DNA of 64,000 nt, from positions 7,549 through 71,548 of the forward strand of contig DAITPU010000001.1 of NCBI GenBank assembly GCA_036833455.1, given 5' to 3'. Origin of the DNA: a bacterium (GTDB lineage Archaea; Nanobdellota; Nanobdellia; Pacearchaeales; GW2011-AR1). The translations under genes and the position numbers were made by a program. This document shows, piece after piece, positions 38,180 through 47,287 of the stretch (position 1 is the first letter of the stretch; each line of letters starts with the position of its first letter). Below the pieces are notes generated by a model that saw only the letters and a list, made by a program, of their open reading frames with translations, did not search any database and was not told the DNA's origin.

Positions 38180-39358
38180 ATGATACAATGGACAGAAAAA
38201 TACCGGCCACAAAAAATTTCTGAAATAAGAGGTCAAGAGGAATCAATAAAAAAAATATTAATTTTTTTAAAAAATTTTCCAAATAAAAAAAAATCTATTG
38301 TTATTAATGGACCTCCGGGAGTTGGAAAAACTAGCATAGTTCATGCCCTAAAAAAAGAAACAAAGTCTGAGATATTTGAGATAAATTCCTCAGATTTAAG
38401 AAATAAAGAAAAGCTAATGGAAACTCTAAATCCGGCAACTAAACAACAATCTCTTTTTCATAAAAATAAAATAATCCTAGTCGATGAAGTTGACGGAATA
38501 TCTGCTGTAGATAAAGGAGGACTAACTACTTTAATAAGCCTAATAAAAGAAACAGACCATCCCATAATTTGCACATCTAACGATTTATGGTCAAAAAAAC
38601 TAAGCGATCTAAGAAAAGTTTCTGAAATAGTTGAATTAAAACCTATCAGTCCATCAACTCAAAAAAATTTTCTAAATGAAATACTTGAAAAAGAAAAAAT
38701 ATTTTTTCCAGAAAAAACCTTAAATCAAATAGTGATAAATTCAAAAGGTGATATGCGAGCAGCAATAAATGATTTACAAACTGCAAGCTCCATGGAAAAA
38801 CCAGAAGAATTTATTATTGAACAAAGAAAACTAAAAACGGACATATTTAATTCTTTAAGGGAAATATTTCAGGATAAAGCTTCAATAGAAATGTTAGGCA
38901 CTTTTGATAAAATAGATATGCCTATAGATGAGATAATTCTCTGGGTGGAAGAAAATATTCCAAAAGTTTATTCTGGAGTTGAACTAAAAAATGCGTATGA
39001 AAAACTTGCAAGAGTTGACCTCTTTAAAGGAAGGATTTACAAACAACAATATTGGAGATTTTTAGTTTACGAAAATTTCTTTTTAAGTTATGGAATATCT
39101 CAGGCAAAAGGAGATGTGGAAAAGAAAGGATTTTACAAATATGGAAAACCAGAAAGAATCTTAAAAATATGGTTAAATAATCAAAGAAATGCAAAGAAAA
39201 AAACAATAGCAGAAAAATATGCAAAAGAAACACACAAATCAATTAAATTAACAATGAAAGACTGGAGAATAATAAGTAAGATAATAAAATCAAATCCTTC
39301 AATACAAAAACAACTTAAGTTAGATTCTGATGAAATTATTTATTTGAATAAATATTAA
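38180..39358 (+). CDS. rfcL: Replication factor C large subunit (compact, 392 aa)
   Basis: WTEKYRPQKISEIRGQE, NGPPGVGKTS, VDEVDGIS. Starts 2 nt after rfcS. Confidence 0.85.
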   Translation: MIQWTEKYRPQKISEIRGQEESIKKILIFLKNFPNKKKSIVINGPPGVGKTSIVHALKKETKSEIFEINSSDLRNKEKLMETLNPATKQQSLFHKNKIILVDEVDGISAVDKGGLTTLISLIKETDHPIICTSNDLWSKKLSDLRKVSEIVELKPISPSTQKNFLNEILEKEKIFFPEKTLNQIVINSKGDMRAAINDLQTASSMEKPEEFIIEQRKLKTDIFNSLREIFQDKASIEMLGTFDKIDMPIDEIILWVEENIPKVYSGVELKNAYEKLARVDLFKGRIYKQQYWRFLVYENFFLSYGISQAKGDVEKKGFYKYGKPERILKIWLNNQRNAKKKTIAEKYAKETHKSIKLTMKDWRIISKIIKSNPSIQKQLKLDSDEIIYLNKY

Positions 39359-40465
39359 TTAGTAGTTATATATTATAGTTAAATTATAATCACTATCTTT
39401 AACACTTGCATGAGGGACTAGAATATACCCTTCGATTAATTCTATTTCTTCTTCATAAAAATTAATCCCCTTTTTATGAAAAATTTCGTCGTAAGAATTT
39501 CCTTTTAACAATTGTTCATAGTCTTCAATTGATTTCAATAAAAGTATATCCATTTTTTCACTAGAGTTGAATATAATCTTCGCATTTACAGGAGAACTAA
39601 ACCCTAATCCTTCTGAATAAAGCTCATAAGGAATATAATAATCTCTTCTTAGTTCATCTGAAAAAAAAGATTCTAATCTTCCAAAAAGACCAACCACATA
39701 ACAAACAATTCCTTCTTCATTTTCTTCACAAGAAACCCCTATTCCCAAACTTTCCCAATAAATTGGTTTTCCTGAATCCAAAATTGTAGAACGATGACTC
39801 GGGCTCTTAATCCATCCCTCCACAACATCAGAAACAAACTCTTCTTCTTGATAAAAATATGTTTGAGAAAGAACCTCTGAAAAAGACAAGTAAAAAATAT
39901 CTTTTTTTTGCAACCTTTCTCCTGGACCATAACCTTCATAAGGCTCATGAGCAAATAATTCTGTAATAATCATCTCTTCAGCATAATCTTGTGCAACTTT
40001 ATCTAAAAGAATATTCCTTCTAACTTCTTGAATTTGGTATTCATCTCTTTTTTTATTAATTAAATTAAAGATTTTATCTCTTAAGATAGTTTCATTAATT
40101 TGAGAAAGATCTAATTGAGAATAAGTTATATCTTCATTAGTTATGATAAAAGAGATATAGTAAGATAAATAATCCTCCTCTATCATATCAAAATAAATGG
40201 TATATTCCTTGCCTTCTTTATCAATCCCAACAAAAGCCAATTCTCCAGGGCCAATCTTATTTTCAGAAATTTTAATTAATCCATTATTTGTAGTTCCAAT
40301 AAATTCTTTCTCAAAATAAACAAACCCATCAATAGTAGAATTATCCTCTAGATAAAACTCTAGGGAATACTTGGCTGGAAAAATTAAAATTGCCAAAATT
40401 AATAAAAATGCCAAAATAAAAACCCCTCCAAGAAACATCAGAATATTCTGGAATTGTTTTTTCAT
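39359..40465 (-). CDS. Membrane-anchored CAP/SCP/YkwD-like domain protein
   Basis: N-terminal TM. GWIKSPSHRSTILDSGKPIYWESLGIGV resembles the W.NSPGHR.NIL...VGVG CAP signature. Confidence 0.45.
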   Translation of the reverse strand: MKKQFQNILMFLGGVFILAFLLILAILIFPAKYSLEFYLEDNSTIDGFVYFEKEFIGTTNNGLIKISENKIGPGELAFVGIDKEGKEYTIYFDMIEEDYLSYYISFIITNEDITYSQLDLSQINETILRDKIFNLINKKRDEYQIQEVRRNILLDKVAQDYAEEMIITELFAHEPYEGYGPGERLQKKDIFYLSFSEVLSQTYFYQEEEFVSDVVEGWIKSPSHRSTILDSGKPIYWESLGIGVSCEENEEGIVCYVVGLFGRLESFFSDELRRDYYIPYELYSEGLGFSSPVNAKIIFNSSEKMDILLLKSIEDYEQLLKGNSYDEIFHKKGINFYEEEIELIEGYILVPHASVKDSDYNLTIIYNY

Positions 40466-40512
40466 TATAGGCTAGGAAAACAAAATATCTATATAAAATT
40501 AACTAATAAAAC

Positions 40513-41565
40513 CTAACAATTACCTGCAGCTGTTGCGCCTGCTGAAGATAAAGCTTCTGCACATAATTCTGGTGCGTTATTGAAAGCACTACAAACTGAA
40601 CTCTTGAAAGCTTCAGCATTTCTTGCAGCATTAACTATAACTCCATTTATTACAAGTGTTGGCGAACCTTGAACTCCCAATGCTTGAGCTCTAGCCTTAT
40701 CTGCGTCGAACAAAGCTTGACCTTGAGTTTGAACACAACTTAAAACTGCGTCTGAATCTATTCCTAATGATTTCATAACTCTCACAGATTCTGTTTTATC
40801 ACAATCAATATCTCTTGTAGCTCCACAAGTTGGATAAATTTCATCTACAAACAAAGTAGCATAATCCCAATACTTATCAGGGGAAACAACTTGAATACAC
40901 TCTTGAATCATATTTTGTTGCTTTTCATAAGCTCCGTGCCCATCGTGATACATTACAGCTTTAAAGTTTGCGCTACCTTTTAACAAATTAGCAACTTCAG
41001 CTAATGGACTCTGAGCAGTAACACCGTAAGGACAATAAGCCCAAAGGAATAATTCAATTTCAGGTTTATCTGATTTTGGAACATCTGTACTCACAGGATT
41101 ATTATTAGAAGGACTAACTCCATTTTGATTAAAATCACTTAAATCATAAAATCCGCTAAATAAACTATTTCCATTTTTGGTAATATAAACAGGAATCACA
41201 TTACCTTCAATAACTAAAGAAACTTCATACAAATCTTTTGAATGACTTTTAATTCCTTGAACCTCATTATCATAACCTAATTGTGAAGCAACATAAGCGG
41301 AAGCAATATTTCCAACTTTATTTTTAGAAACTCCAGAAAAAACAATAAAAAGCCCAGCAACAATTATAAAAGCAATTAAAACAAAACTAGTAACTTTCCA
41401 AACATCAAGTTTTTTTTTCTTATGTGCAATTTTATGTTCTTCAGCCCTTTTTTTATCTTCACTCATTTCCTTTCTAAATAAAAAGCTTTTATAAAACTTT
41501 CCAAAAAATTCAAAAATAAAAGATTTTTTGCATTTTAATAAATAAGAAAAATTAAAAACACGCAA
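40513..41565 (-). CDS. Membrane-anchored DsbA-like thioredoxin-fold protein with a single-Cys CPYG active-site variant. GC is elevated relative to neighbours.
   Basis: N-terminal K-rich region plus TM. LFLWAYCPYGV with ...GSPTLVINGVI matches the DsbA-like fold. Locally about 40% GC versus a genome background of about 28-30%. Confidence 0.5.
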   Translation of the reverse strand: MRVFNFSYLLKCKKSFIFEFFGKFYKSFLFRKEMSEDKKRAEEHKIAHKKKKLDVWKVTSFVLIAFIIVAGLFIVFSGVSKNKVGNIASAYVASQLGYDNEVQGIKSHSKDLYEVSLVIEGNVIPVYITKNGNSLFSGFYDLSDFNQNGVSPSNNNPVSTDVPKSDKPEIELFLWAYCPYGVTAQSPLAEVANLLKGSANFKAVMYHDGHGAYEKQQNMIQECIQVVSPDKYWDYATLFVDEIYPTCGATRDIDCDKTESVRVMKSLGIDSDAVLSCVQTQGQALFDADKARAQALGVQGSPTLVINGVIVNAARNAEAFKSSVCSAFNNAPELCAEALSSAGATAAGNC

Positions 41566-41579
41566 TTCTTAGAACTAAC

Positions 41580-42893
41580 ATGGCTTATGACATAATAATT
41601 GGTAGAAATGAGAGTGATAAAAAATTTTTCAAGGAAAAAGGACTTATTAATGTAGGAAAAGGTTACGTTAAAATGGGTCAATATACTTCTTTATCGAATA
41701 ATATTTTTATTGATGTTGCAAGAAGCCACGTAATTTTAATTGCCGGAAAAAGAGGATCTGGAAAATCTTACACAATGGGAGTATTAACAGAAGAAATGTC
41801 CAATCTTCCTAAAGAAGTTAGTTCAAACATAGGCTCTCTTATATTCGACACGATGGGAATATATTGGACAATGAAATATGAAAATGAAAAAGATAAAGAT
41901 TTGCTTCATGAATGGAATTTAAAACCAAAAAAACTTCCCGTTAAAATTTTTGTTCCTTTCGGACATTATGACTCTTTTTTAGAAAAAAAAATTCCGGTTG
42001 ACCTTCCTTTTGCCTTAAGTGTTTCAGAATTAAGTGCAGAAGATTGGATAATAACTTTCGGACTTGAACTAATCAACCCTGTTTCTGTTTTAATAGATCG
42101 AACACTTAATAATTTAAAAAATGAAAAAGAAAATTTTGACATTGAAGAAATAATTTCTGAATTAGAAAAAGATAAGAAAAGCGAAAAAGAGATAATAAAT
42201 GCGGCGGTAGGATTATTTCAAACTGCTAATAACTGGGGAATTTTTGCAAAAAAGAAAATACCTCCTACAAAAATAAGAGATTTGATTGAAGGTGGAAAAA
42301 CAAGCGTACTAGATTTAAGTGTATACAATTCAATAGGAGCTTTTAATGTAAGAGCATTAGTAATTAGTTTAATTTCAAGAAAACTTTTTAACGAAAGAAT
42401 GTCCGCAAGAAAAATAGAAGAGATTAAAGACCTTGAAAGAAGAATGGATTATTTTAAAGAAGGTGAAGAAAAAGAAACTCCTTTAATTTGGTTATTTATA
42501 GATGAAGCGCATGAATTTTTACCTAAAGATGAAAAAGTGATTTCAACTGATGCTTTAGTTCAAATTTTGAGAGAAGGTAGGCAACCAGGAATATCTGTGG
42601 TTTTAGCAACTCAACAACCCGGAAAAATTCATACTGATGTTATAACTCAATCGGACATCGTAATTTCTCATCGTGTTACTTCCAAGCAAGATATTGAAGC
42701 TCTTAACCACATGATGCAGAGTTACCTAACAAATACAATTCAAGGCTATATGAACGATCTTCCTGGATTAAAGGGATCGGCTATAATTTTAGATGATAAT
42801 TCTGAAAGAATTTACCCTATGAGAATAAGACCTAGATTTACTTGGCATGGAGGACAAGCCCCAACAGCGGTAGATATTAAAAAAGAGTTATAA
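41580..42893 (+). CDS. HerA/FtsK-superfamily P-loop ATPase (DUF87-like) without a HAS-barrel
   Basis: Walker A IAGKRGSGKSYTMGVL at about residue 55. Walker B LIWLFIDEAHEFL. Downstream ATQQPG and SHRVTS. Confidence 0.5.
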   Translation: MAYDIIIGRNESDKKFFKEKGLINVGKGYVKMGQYTSLSNNIFIDVARSHVILIAGKRGSGKSYTMGVLTEEMSNLPKEVSSNIGSLIFDTMGIYWTMKYENEKDKDLLHEWNLKPKKLPVKIFVPFGHYDSFLEKKIPVDLPFALSVSELSAEDWIITFGLELINPVSVLIDRTLNNLKNEKENFDIEEIISELEKDKKSEKEIINAAVGLFQTANNWGIFAKKKIPPTKIRDLIEGGKTSVLDLSVYNSIGAFNVRALVISLISRKLFNERMSARKIEEIKDLERRMDYFKEGEEKETPLIWLFIDEAHEFLPKDEKVISTDALVQILREGRQPGISVVLATQQPGKIHTDVITQSDIVISHRVTSKQDIEALNHMMQSYLTNTIQGYMNDLPGLKGSAIILDDNSERIYPMRIRPRFTWHGGQAPTAVDIKKEL

Positions 42894-42938
42894 CTACAAA
42901 ATAGGAACATTTTTAAAATATAAAAAACTAAAATTATA

Positions 42939-43169
42939 ATGATTGCAAATTATCAAAGTATTCAAGAATTATATGGATTAGAAAGAACTCCAAAAAGGGG
43001 ATATCTTATTGAAACAAGCGGATCTGAATATGGAATCTCTGATTTATATCGTTTAATGGATTTACAACCCCCAATAAAAAAAAGAAATACAAAAAGATTA
43101 ACAAGAATAAAACCTTCCTTAGAAGAAATTGAACTAGATTTCAAAGAATTACTTAATCTTCAACAATAA
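42939..43169 (+). CDS. Hypothetical small protein (76 aa)
   Basis: ORF only. The 3' end overlaps the convergent methyltransferase by 17 nt. Confidence 0.25.
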   Translation: MIANYQSIQELYGLERTPKRGYLIETSGSEYGISDLYRLMDLQPPIKKRNTKRLTRIKPSLEEIELDFKELLNLQQ

Positions 43170-43941
43170 AATCTATTCTTATCCTAAATTTAAACGGACC
43201 AATTTCTCCGGCTTTTTTTACATTTAAAATTTTAATTTTTTTCTTTACCTTAAAAGCAATTTCCTTAACCATTTGAATTTTAGAATCAATTTCATCTTCT
43301 TTACAAAAATCATAATAGTAAACTCTGGTTTTTTTCTTAGTTAAAGGAAAAATATTCTCAAGAAAAGTATTTTTTAATTGAGGTCTTGCCATAACAATCA
43401 CGTCAAAAACTTTTTTTTCCTTAACTAATTTTAGAGCAACACGTTTTATATCTCCGGGAACAAGCTCAACTTTCTCTTGGACTTTATTTCTCTTAATATT
43501 AATTTCCCCATATTCGTTTGCTTTCCTATTGATTTCATTAGAATAAACTTTTTCTACTTTTGAATTTTTTGCAATTACAATTGAAAACGGAGACACTCCT
43601 GCAAAACAAACAAAAACTTTTTCTCCTTTCTTCATTAAACTTGAAATCTCTTTTCTTTCATTAGAAAGTCTAGGAGAAAAATAAGTTTCATCTATGTTAA
43701 ACCTAAATTCACATCCATTTTCTCTGTATAAAACTTCTTTAGTCTTATCTCCTAAAATCCAAGAAGTTTTTTGCTTTCTTAATCTCCCCTTAAATTTTTC
43801 TGATTTTTCCAAAACAGTACGAACACCTTTATTTAGTTTTAAAATTTCCTTTGCAAAATTCTTTTTATCTTTGATTTTAAAATCCAAAGGAAAATTAACG
43901 ACCGCTATATTTCCGTAAATAGTATAGGCCTTCTGTTTCAT
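43153..43941 (-). CDS. Trm5/Taw2-family (Met-10+ like) tRNA methyltransferase or aminocarboxypropyltransferase
   Basis: VNFPLDFKIKDK, FRFNIDETYFSPRLSNERKEI, VFVCFAGVSPFSIV (cf. DMFAGIGPF). The length of 262 aa fits Taw2 better than Trm5. Confidence 0.6.
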   Translation of the reverse strand: MKQKAYTIYGNIAVVNFPLDFKIKDKKNFAKEILKLNKGVRTVLEKSEKFKGRLRKQKTSWILGDKTKEVLYRENGCEFRFNIDETYFSPRLSNERKEISSLMKKGEKVFVCFAGVSPFSIVIAKNSKVEKVYSNEINRKANEYGEINIKRNKVQEKVELVPGDIKRVALKLVKEKKVFDVIVMARPQLKNTFLENIFPLTKKKTRVYYYDFCKEDEIDSKIQMVKEIAFKVKKKIKILNVKKAGEIGPFKFRIRIDFIVED

Positions 43942-44011
43942 AAATTTAAATCATAAATTAAATATATAAAAGATTCTATAATTTTAAAAACACAAAAAAC
44001 TTAATAATTTA

Positions 44012-44962
44012 ATGAAAAGAGGTCTTGTAATTGTCGCTTCAATATTTTCTTTAGCTTTTGCAAGCGCTTATATAAGGTACGACCAATATTCAAACAACCT
44101 CTATTATGGGGGATATGGAAGATTTTCTCCTATGGGTTTATTTGATAGCCTAAATATTGATTTAATTGCTTTAGCAATGGCCTTCTTAATGGTGTTTGCT
44201 ATGTGTATGTTTTCACTAAAAAAATTCTTCAAAAGTGACAGAACTACTGCAGCTATTCTCTCGATAGGAATTTCTTTCTTTGTTATTTATGGTTTAGTCC
44301 GTTCAAACTTCAGCGTCGGAACCGTTTTCTTTAGTTTGGGTATAAGTGAAAATGCTTTTTACACAATGCTTCCTTGGATAGTTATTGGGTTGATGATCTT
44401 AATCTTTTTACTATTTGGATTTTGCGCTCTTCTTGCAATTACTGGAGGAGTTTTCTTTGCAGTAGGATTTTTTAAACTAGTTTACCAATGGGAATTATCT
44501 GTGGTCCTAGGAATAATTTTCTTAATCCTAGATTTTTTCTGCTTGAAAAAAGAAAGAACCAGAATTGGTCCTGATATGTTTAAAGATCACCAATGGAAAA
44601 TATGTCCTATAATCTTTATCGCAGGAATCATAATAATCACACTGGGAATTTATGGTACAAACACCATGTTGATAATTATTGGGACTGTTCTAGTTTTAAT
44701 CTGGATATTCTTTTGCTTATTAAAAAAAAGTGCCTCTCCTGGAACCTCTATAATAAGTCCAAGGAAAACAAGAATTAGATCAGATAGTGAATTACAAAAT
44801 AAATATGATTTTTATTCACAAAAAATAAGGGATATTCAAAGAAAAAATAAAGGGAAAATACCCGCAATTGGAACTCCTGATGGAAAATTAAGACATCGTT
44901 ACATCCAGGCAATGAAGGCAATAGAAAATATAGCAAAAAATCAAGGATATAGATTAAAATAA
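44012..44962 (+). CDS. Polytopic membrane protein, function unknown
   Basis: Hydropathy shows 7-8 TM helices. Confidence 0.35.
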   Translation: MKRGLVIVASIFSLAFASAYIRYDQYSNNLYYGGYGRFSPMGLFDSLNIDLIALAMAFLMVFAMCMFSLKKFFKSDRTTAAILSIGISFFVIYGLVRSNFSVGTVFFSLGISENAFYTMLPWIVIGLMILIFLLFGFCALLAITGGVFFAVGFFKLVYQWELSVVLGIIFLILDFFCLKKERTRIGPDMFKDHQWKICPIIFIAGIIIITLGIYGTNTMLIIIGTVLVLIWIFFCLLKKSASPGTSIISPRKTRIRSDSELQNKYDFYSQKIRDIQRKNKGKIPAIGTPDGKLRHRYIQAMKAIENIAKNQGYRLK

Positions 44963-44965
44963 AAA

Positions 44966-45400
44966 TCACTTTTTCTTTAATCTCTTTTCTAATCCTTTCC
45001 AAGTTTCAACTGAATCTTTAATCGGATCAGTCTTATTATTTAAATAGCCCTGAACTGCATCTTTACCTGCAACATAAGCCATAGAACCATCAAAAAATAA
45101 AGGGATTACATATTCTAAATGCCCATTTCCAATTTGAACTAAATCTGCTGCCGCTTGAATTCCATAGAAAAGAGTACCGGCTGATTTAACACTTCTATTT
45201 AATTTTCCTCCAGCTTTACTCAAAAAATCTACTGCTGTAAAAATCATTGGCCCCCACATATGACCAATTCCCCCTACGCTAGAGCTAAAATCTTTTATTT
45301 TAGAACCAACTTCTCCCAAATAATTAGAAGAAGCATTTATCAAAGATTTAGCTGCAAAATTTGTTCCATAAATAATATAATTCAAATTTTTATCTTCCAT
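44966..45400 (-). CDS. Hypothetical protein (144 aa)
   Basis: ORF only. Confidence 0.3.
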   Translation of the reverse strand: MEDKNLNYIIYGTNFAAKSLINASSNYLGEVGSKIKDFSSSVGGIGHMWGPMIFTAVDFLSKAGGKLNRSVKSAGTLFYGIQAAADLVQIGNGHLEYVIPLFFDGSMAYVAGKDAVQGYLNNKTDPIKDSVETWKGLEKRLKKK

Positions 45401-45463
45401 AAAAAATTGAAGAAAGAATACTTTATAAGTTTTACTATATGTTATTACAAAATAATGACTACA

Positions 45464-46501
45464 CTATATCCAACTTCCTAAACCTTTTTGCTGTTTTGCT
45501 TTCCTAATTCCTTCCAACCTTTCAAGTTGCTTATCAACTCTTTCTTTATTAAAACCGTGCCTCTCAACTAAAATTTCTCTAACTTTTTCAAAATCAAAAG
45601 AAGGAATTTCAACTTCAACATCTTTAACGTTAGGAGTTTTAATTAAATTAAAAATTTCTTTCCAATCAAAATAATCTTCTTCATTTAATTCTTCTATTTT
45701 TTCTTTTATTGAACTAAAAATTTCTTCGGGTTTCTCATACTTCCTCACAATTTCCAAAGCTTTTTTTTGTCCTATTCTGGGAATTCCCTTAGGGTTATAA
45801 TCTGTTCCAACCATAATACCTAAACAAATAAATTGATCTAAATTAATTTTTAATTCTTTTAAAACAGAATCAATTTCAATAATTTCTGGTAAAACTTCAA
45901 CATAACCCGAAACAGTTTTCTTTTTTCTTGAAATAGTTAAATTCCTAATTAAAACAGGGGAACCAAAAAGCAAACTATCATAATCTTGACTTACACAAGC
46001 ATACACTTTTTTTTGAGCACACATGTAAGATGCTTGTGCTTCTCCTTCTCCAGGGGCATTGACAACTTGAACTCCCAAAGCTTGCAAGAGTTCCTTGCTT
46101 TCTTCAATCATTTCATCATTTAATCTTATAAGCTGAGAACTATATTTTTTCATTCCTTCTGTATCTTCACTTGCTTTTGCTTCTTCATATTTTTCCTTCA
46201 TAATTTCCCTAAGATTTTGTCTCTTTTCATGTGTTTTCTTCTTTAATTTAGGGGCTTCCCCATCAAAAACATAGATCAATTTAACCCCCTCTGAAAGTAA
46301 AGCAACACTTCTATAAAAAATTCCAGAAAGATGAGAAGTTATATTTCCCTCTTCGTCTAGTAGCGGACTTCCATCATATTGCCTAATAGTTGAAATAAAT
46401 TGATAAAGAGTGTTAAATGCATCTACTGAAAGTGTTTTTCCTTTAAGTTTAGAAATTTCAATTTCTTTTCTAGAAACAATCTCTCTAATGTTCAATCCCA
46501 T
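45464..46501 (-). CDS. fen: Flap endonuclease 1
   Basis: MGLNIREIVSRKEIEISKLKGKTLSVDAFNTLYQF, GEGEAQASYM, and a C-terminal PIP-like tail. Confidence 0.92.
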   Translation of the reverse strand: MGLNIREIVSRKEIEISKLKGKTLSVDAFNTLYQFISTIRQYDGSPLLDEEGNITSHLSGIFYRSVALLSEGVKLIYVFDGEAPKLKKKTHEKRQNLREIMKEKYEEAKASEDTEGMKKYSSQLIRLNDEMIEESKELLQALGVQVVNAPGEGEAQASYMCAQKKVYACVSQDYDSLLFGSPVLIRNLTISRKKKTVSGYVEVLPEIIEIDSVLKELKINLDQFICLGIMVGTDYNPKGIPRIGQKKALEIVRKYEKPEEIFSSIKEKIEELNEEDYFDWKEIFNLIKTPNVKDVEVEIPSFDFEKVREILVERHGFNKERVDKQLERLEGIRKAKQQKGLGSWI

Positions 46502-46523
46502 AAATTAAAATATAAAATAGAAA

Positions 46524-47027
46524 TTAAATACTTAACCCTTTTCTACCATGATACTCTCTTAAAAAATTTCCATAAATTTCTTGACCTCTTTCGTATCTCT
46601 GCATAAAAGCAGCCCTTATCTGTCTCATATTGTGAGCAGTATGCATATCATCAAGATTCATTTTCATACCTTCGGCAATGTTTAGTCTGTAAATTCCTTT
46701 TTCTTTTAAAAATTCGGCTAAATCAAGAGTAAGGTTATTTCCTCCCAATCCTTTCTTTTTAGCATCTAAATAAAAAATAACTAAATTTTTTTGAGGATCC
46801 TTTAAAGAATTTATCTTTGCCCAAATTTCGGGAGGCAACTCTTTTGATCTCCTTTTAACAACCTCTGCCAAAGAAATTCCTCTTCCTCCGTCTTTATCTT
46901 CATCAGGATCATAACTCAGAAATTCTCTCGCTAGAACTTTATTAGATAGTTGAGTGTAATATTTTTCCCATTCTGGTACGCCTTTCATATATTCATTCTC
47001 TTCCATGTTACTACTAACAAATAACAT
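46524..47027 (-). CDS. Hypothetical protein (167 aa)
   Basis: ORF only. Confidence 0.3.
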   Translation of the reverse strand: MLFVSSNMEENEYMKGVPEWEKYYTQLSNKVLAREFLSYDPDEDKDGGRGISLAEVVKRRSKELPPEIWAKINSLKDPQKNLVIFYLDAKKKGLGGNNLTLDLAEFLKEKGIYRLNIAEGMKMNLDDMHTAHNMRQIRAAFMQRYERGQEIYGNFLREYHGRKGLSI

Positions 47028-47221
47028 TATTTAAATCTTTTGGTTTTTCTCAAATCCTCAAAAGCATAACCTATGCTAGCTCCCAAAGCTATTCCAGATC
47101 CAATTCCAATTGCAAGCCAAACTGCAAGGTCTCCTTGAATCATCCCTACAAACACCCCCACAAGAGATCCAATTGCAAAACCCAAAAAAATTCCAAAAGA
47201 AAGTGCATTAACTTTTTTCAT
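47027..47221 (-). CDS. Small Gly-zipper membrane protein (64 aa)
   Basis: GxxxG repeats in two TM helices. Confidence 0.3.
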   Translation of the reverse strand: MKKVNALSFGIFLGFAIGSLVGVFVGMIQGDLAVWLAIGIGSGIALGASIGYAFEDLRKTKRFK

Positions 47222-47287
47222 AAGGTAATTTAAAATTTAAAGTATATAAAACTTTATTGACAGATTAAAATTACTCTAAGATCTAAA

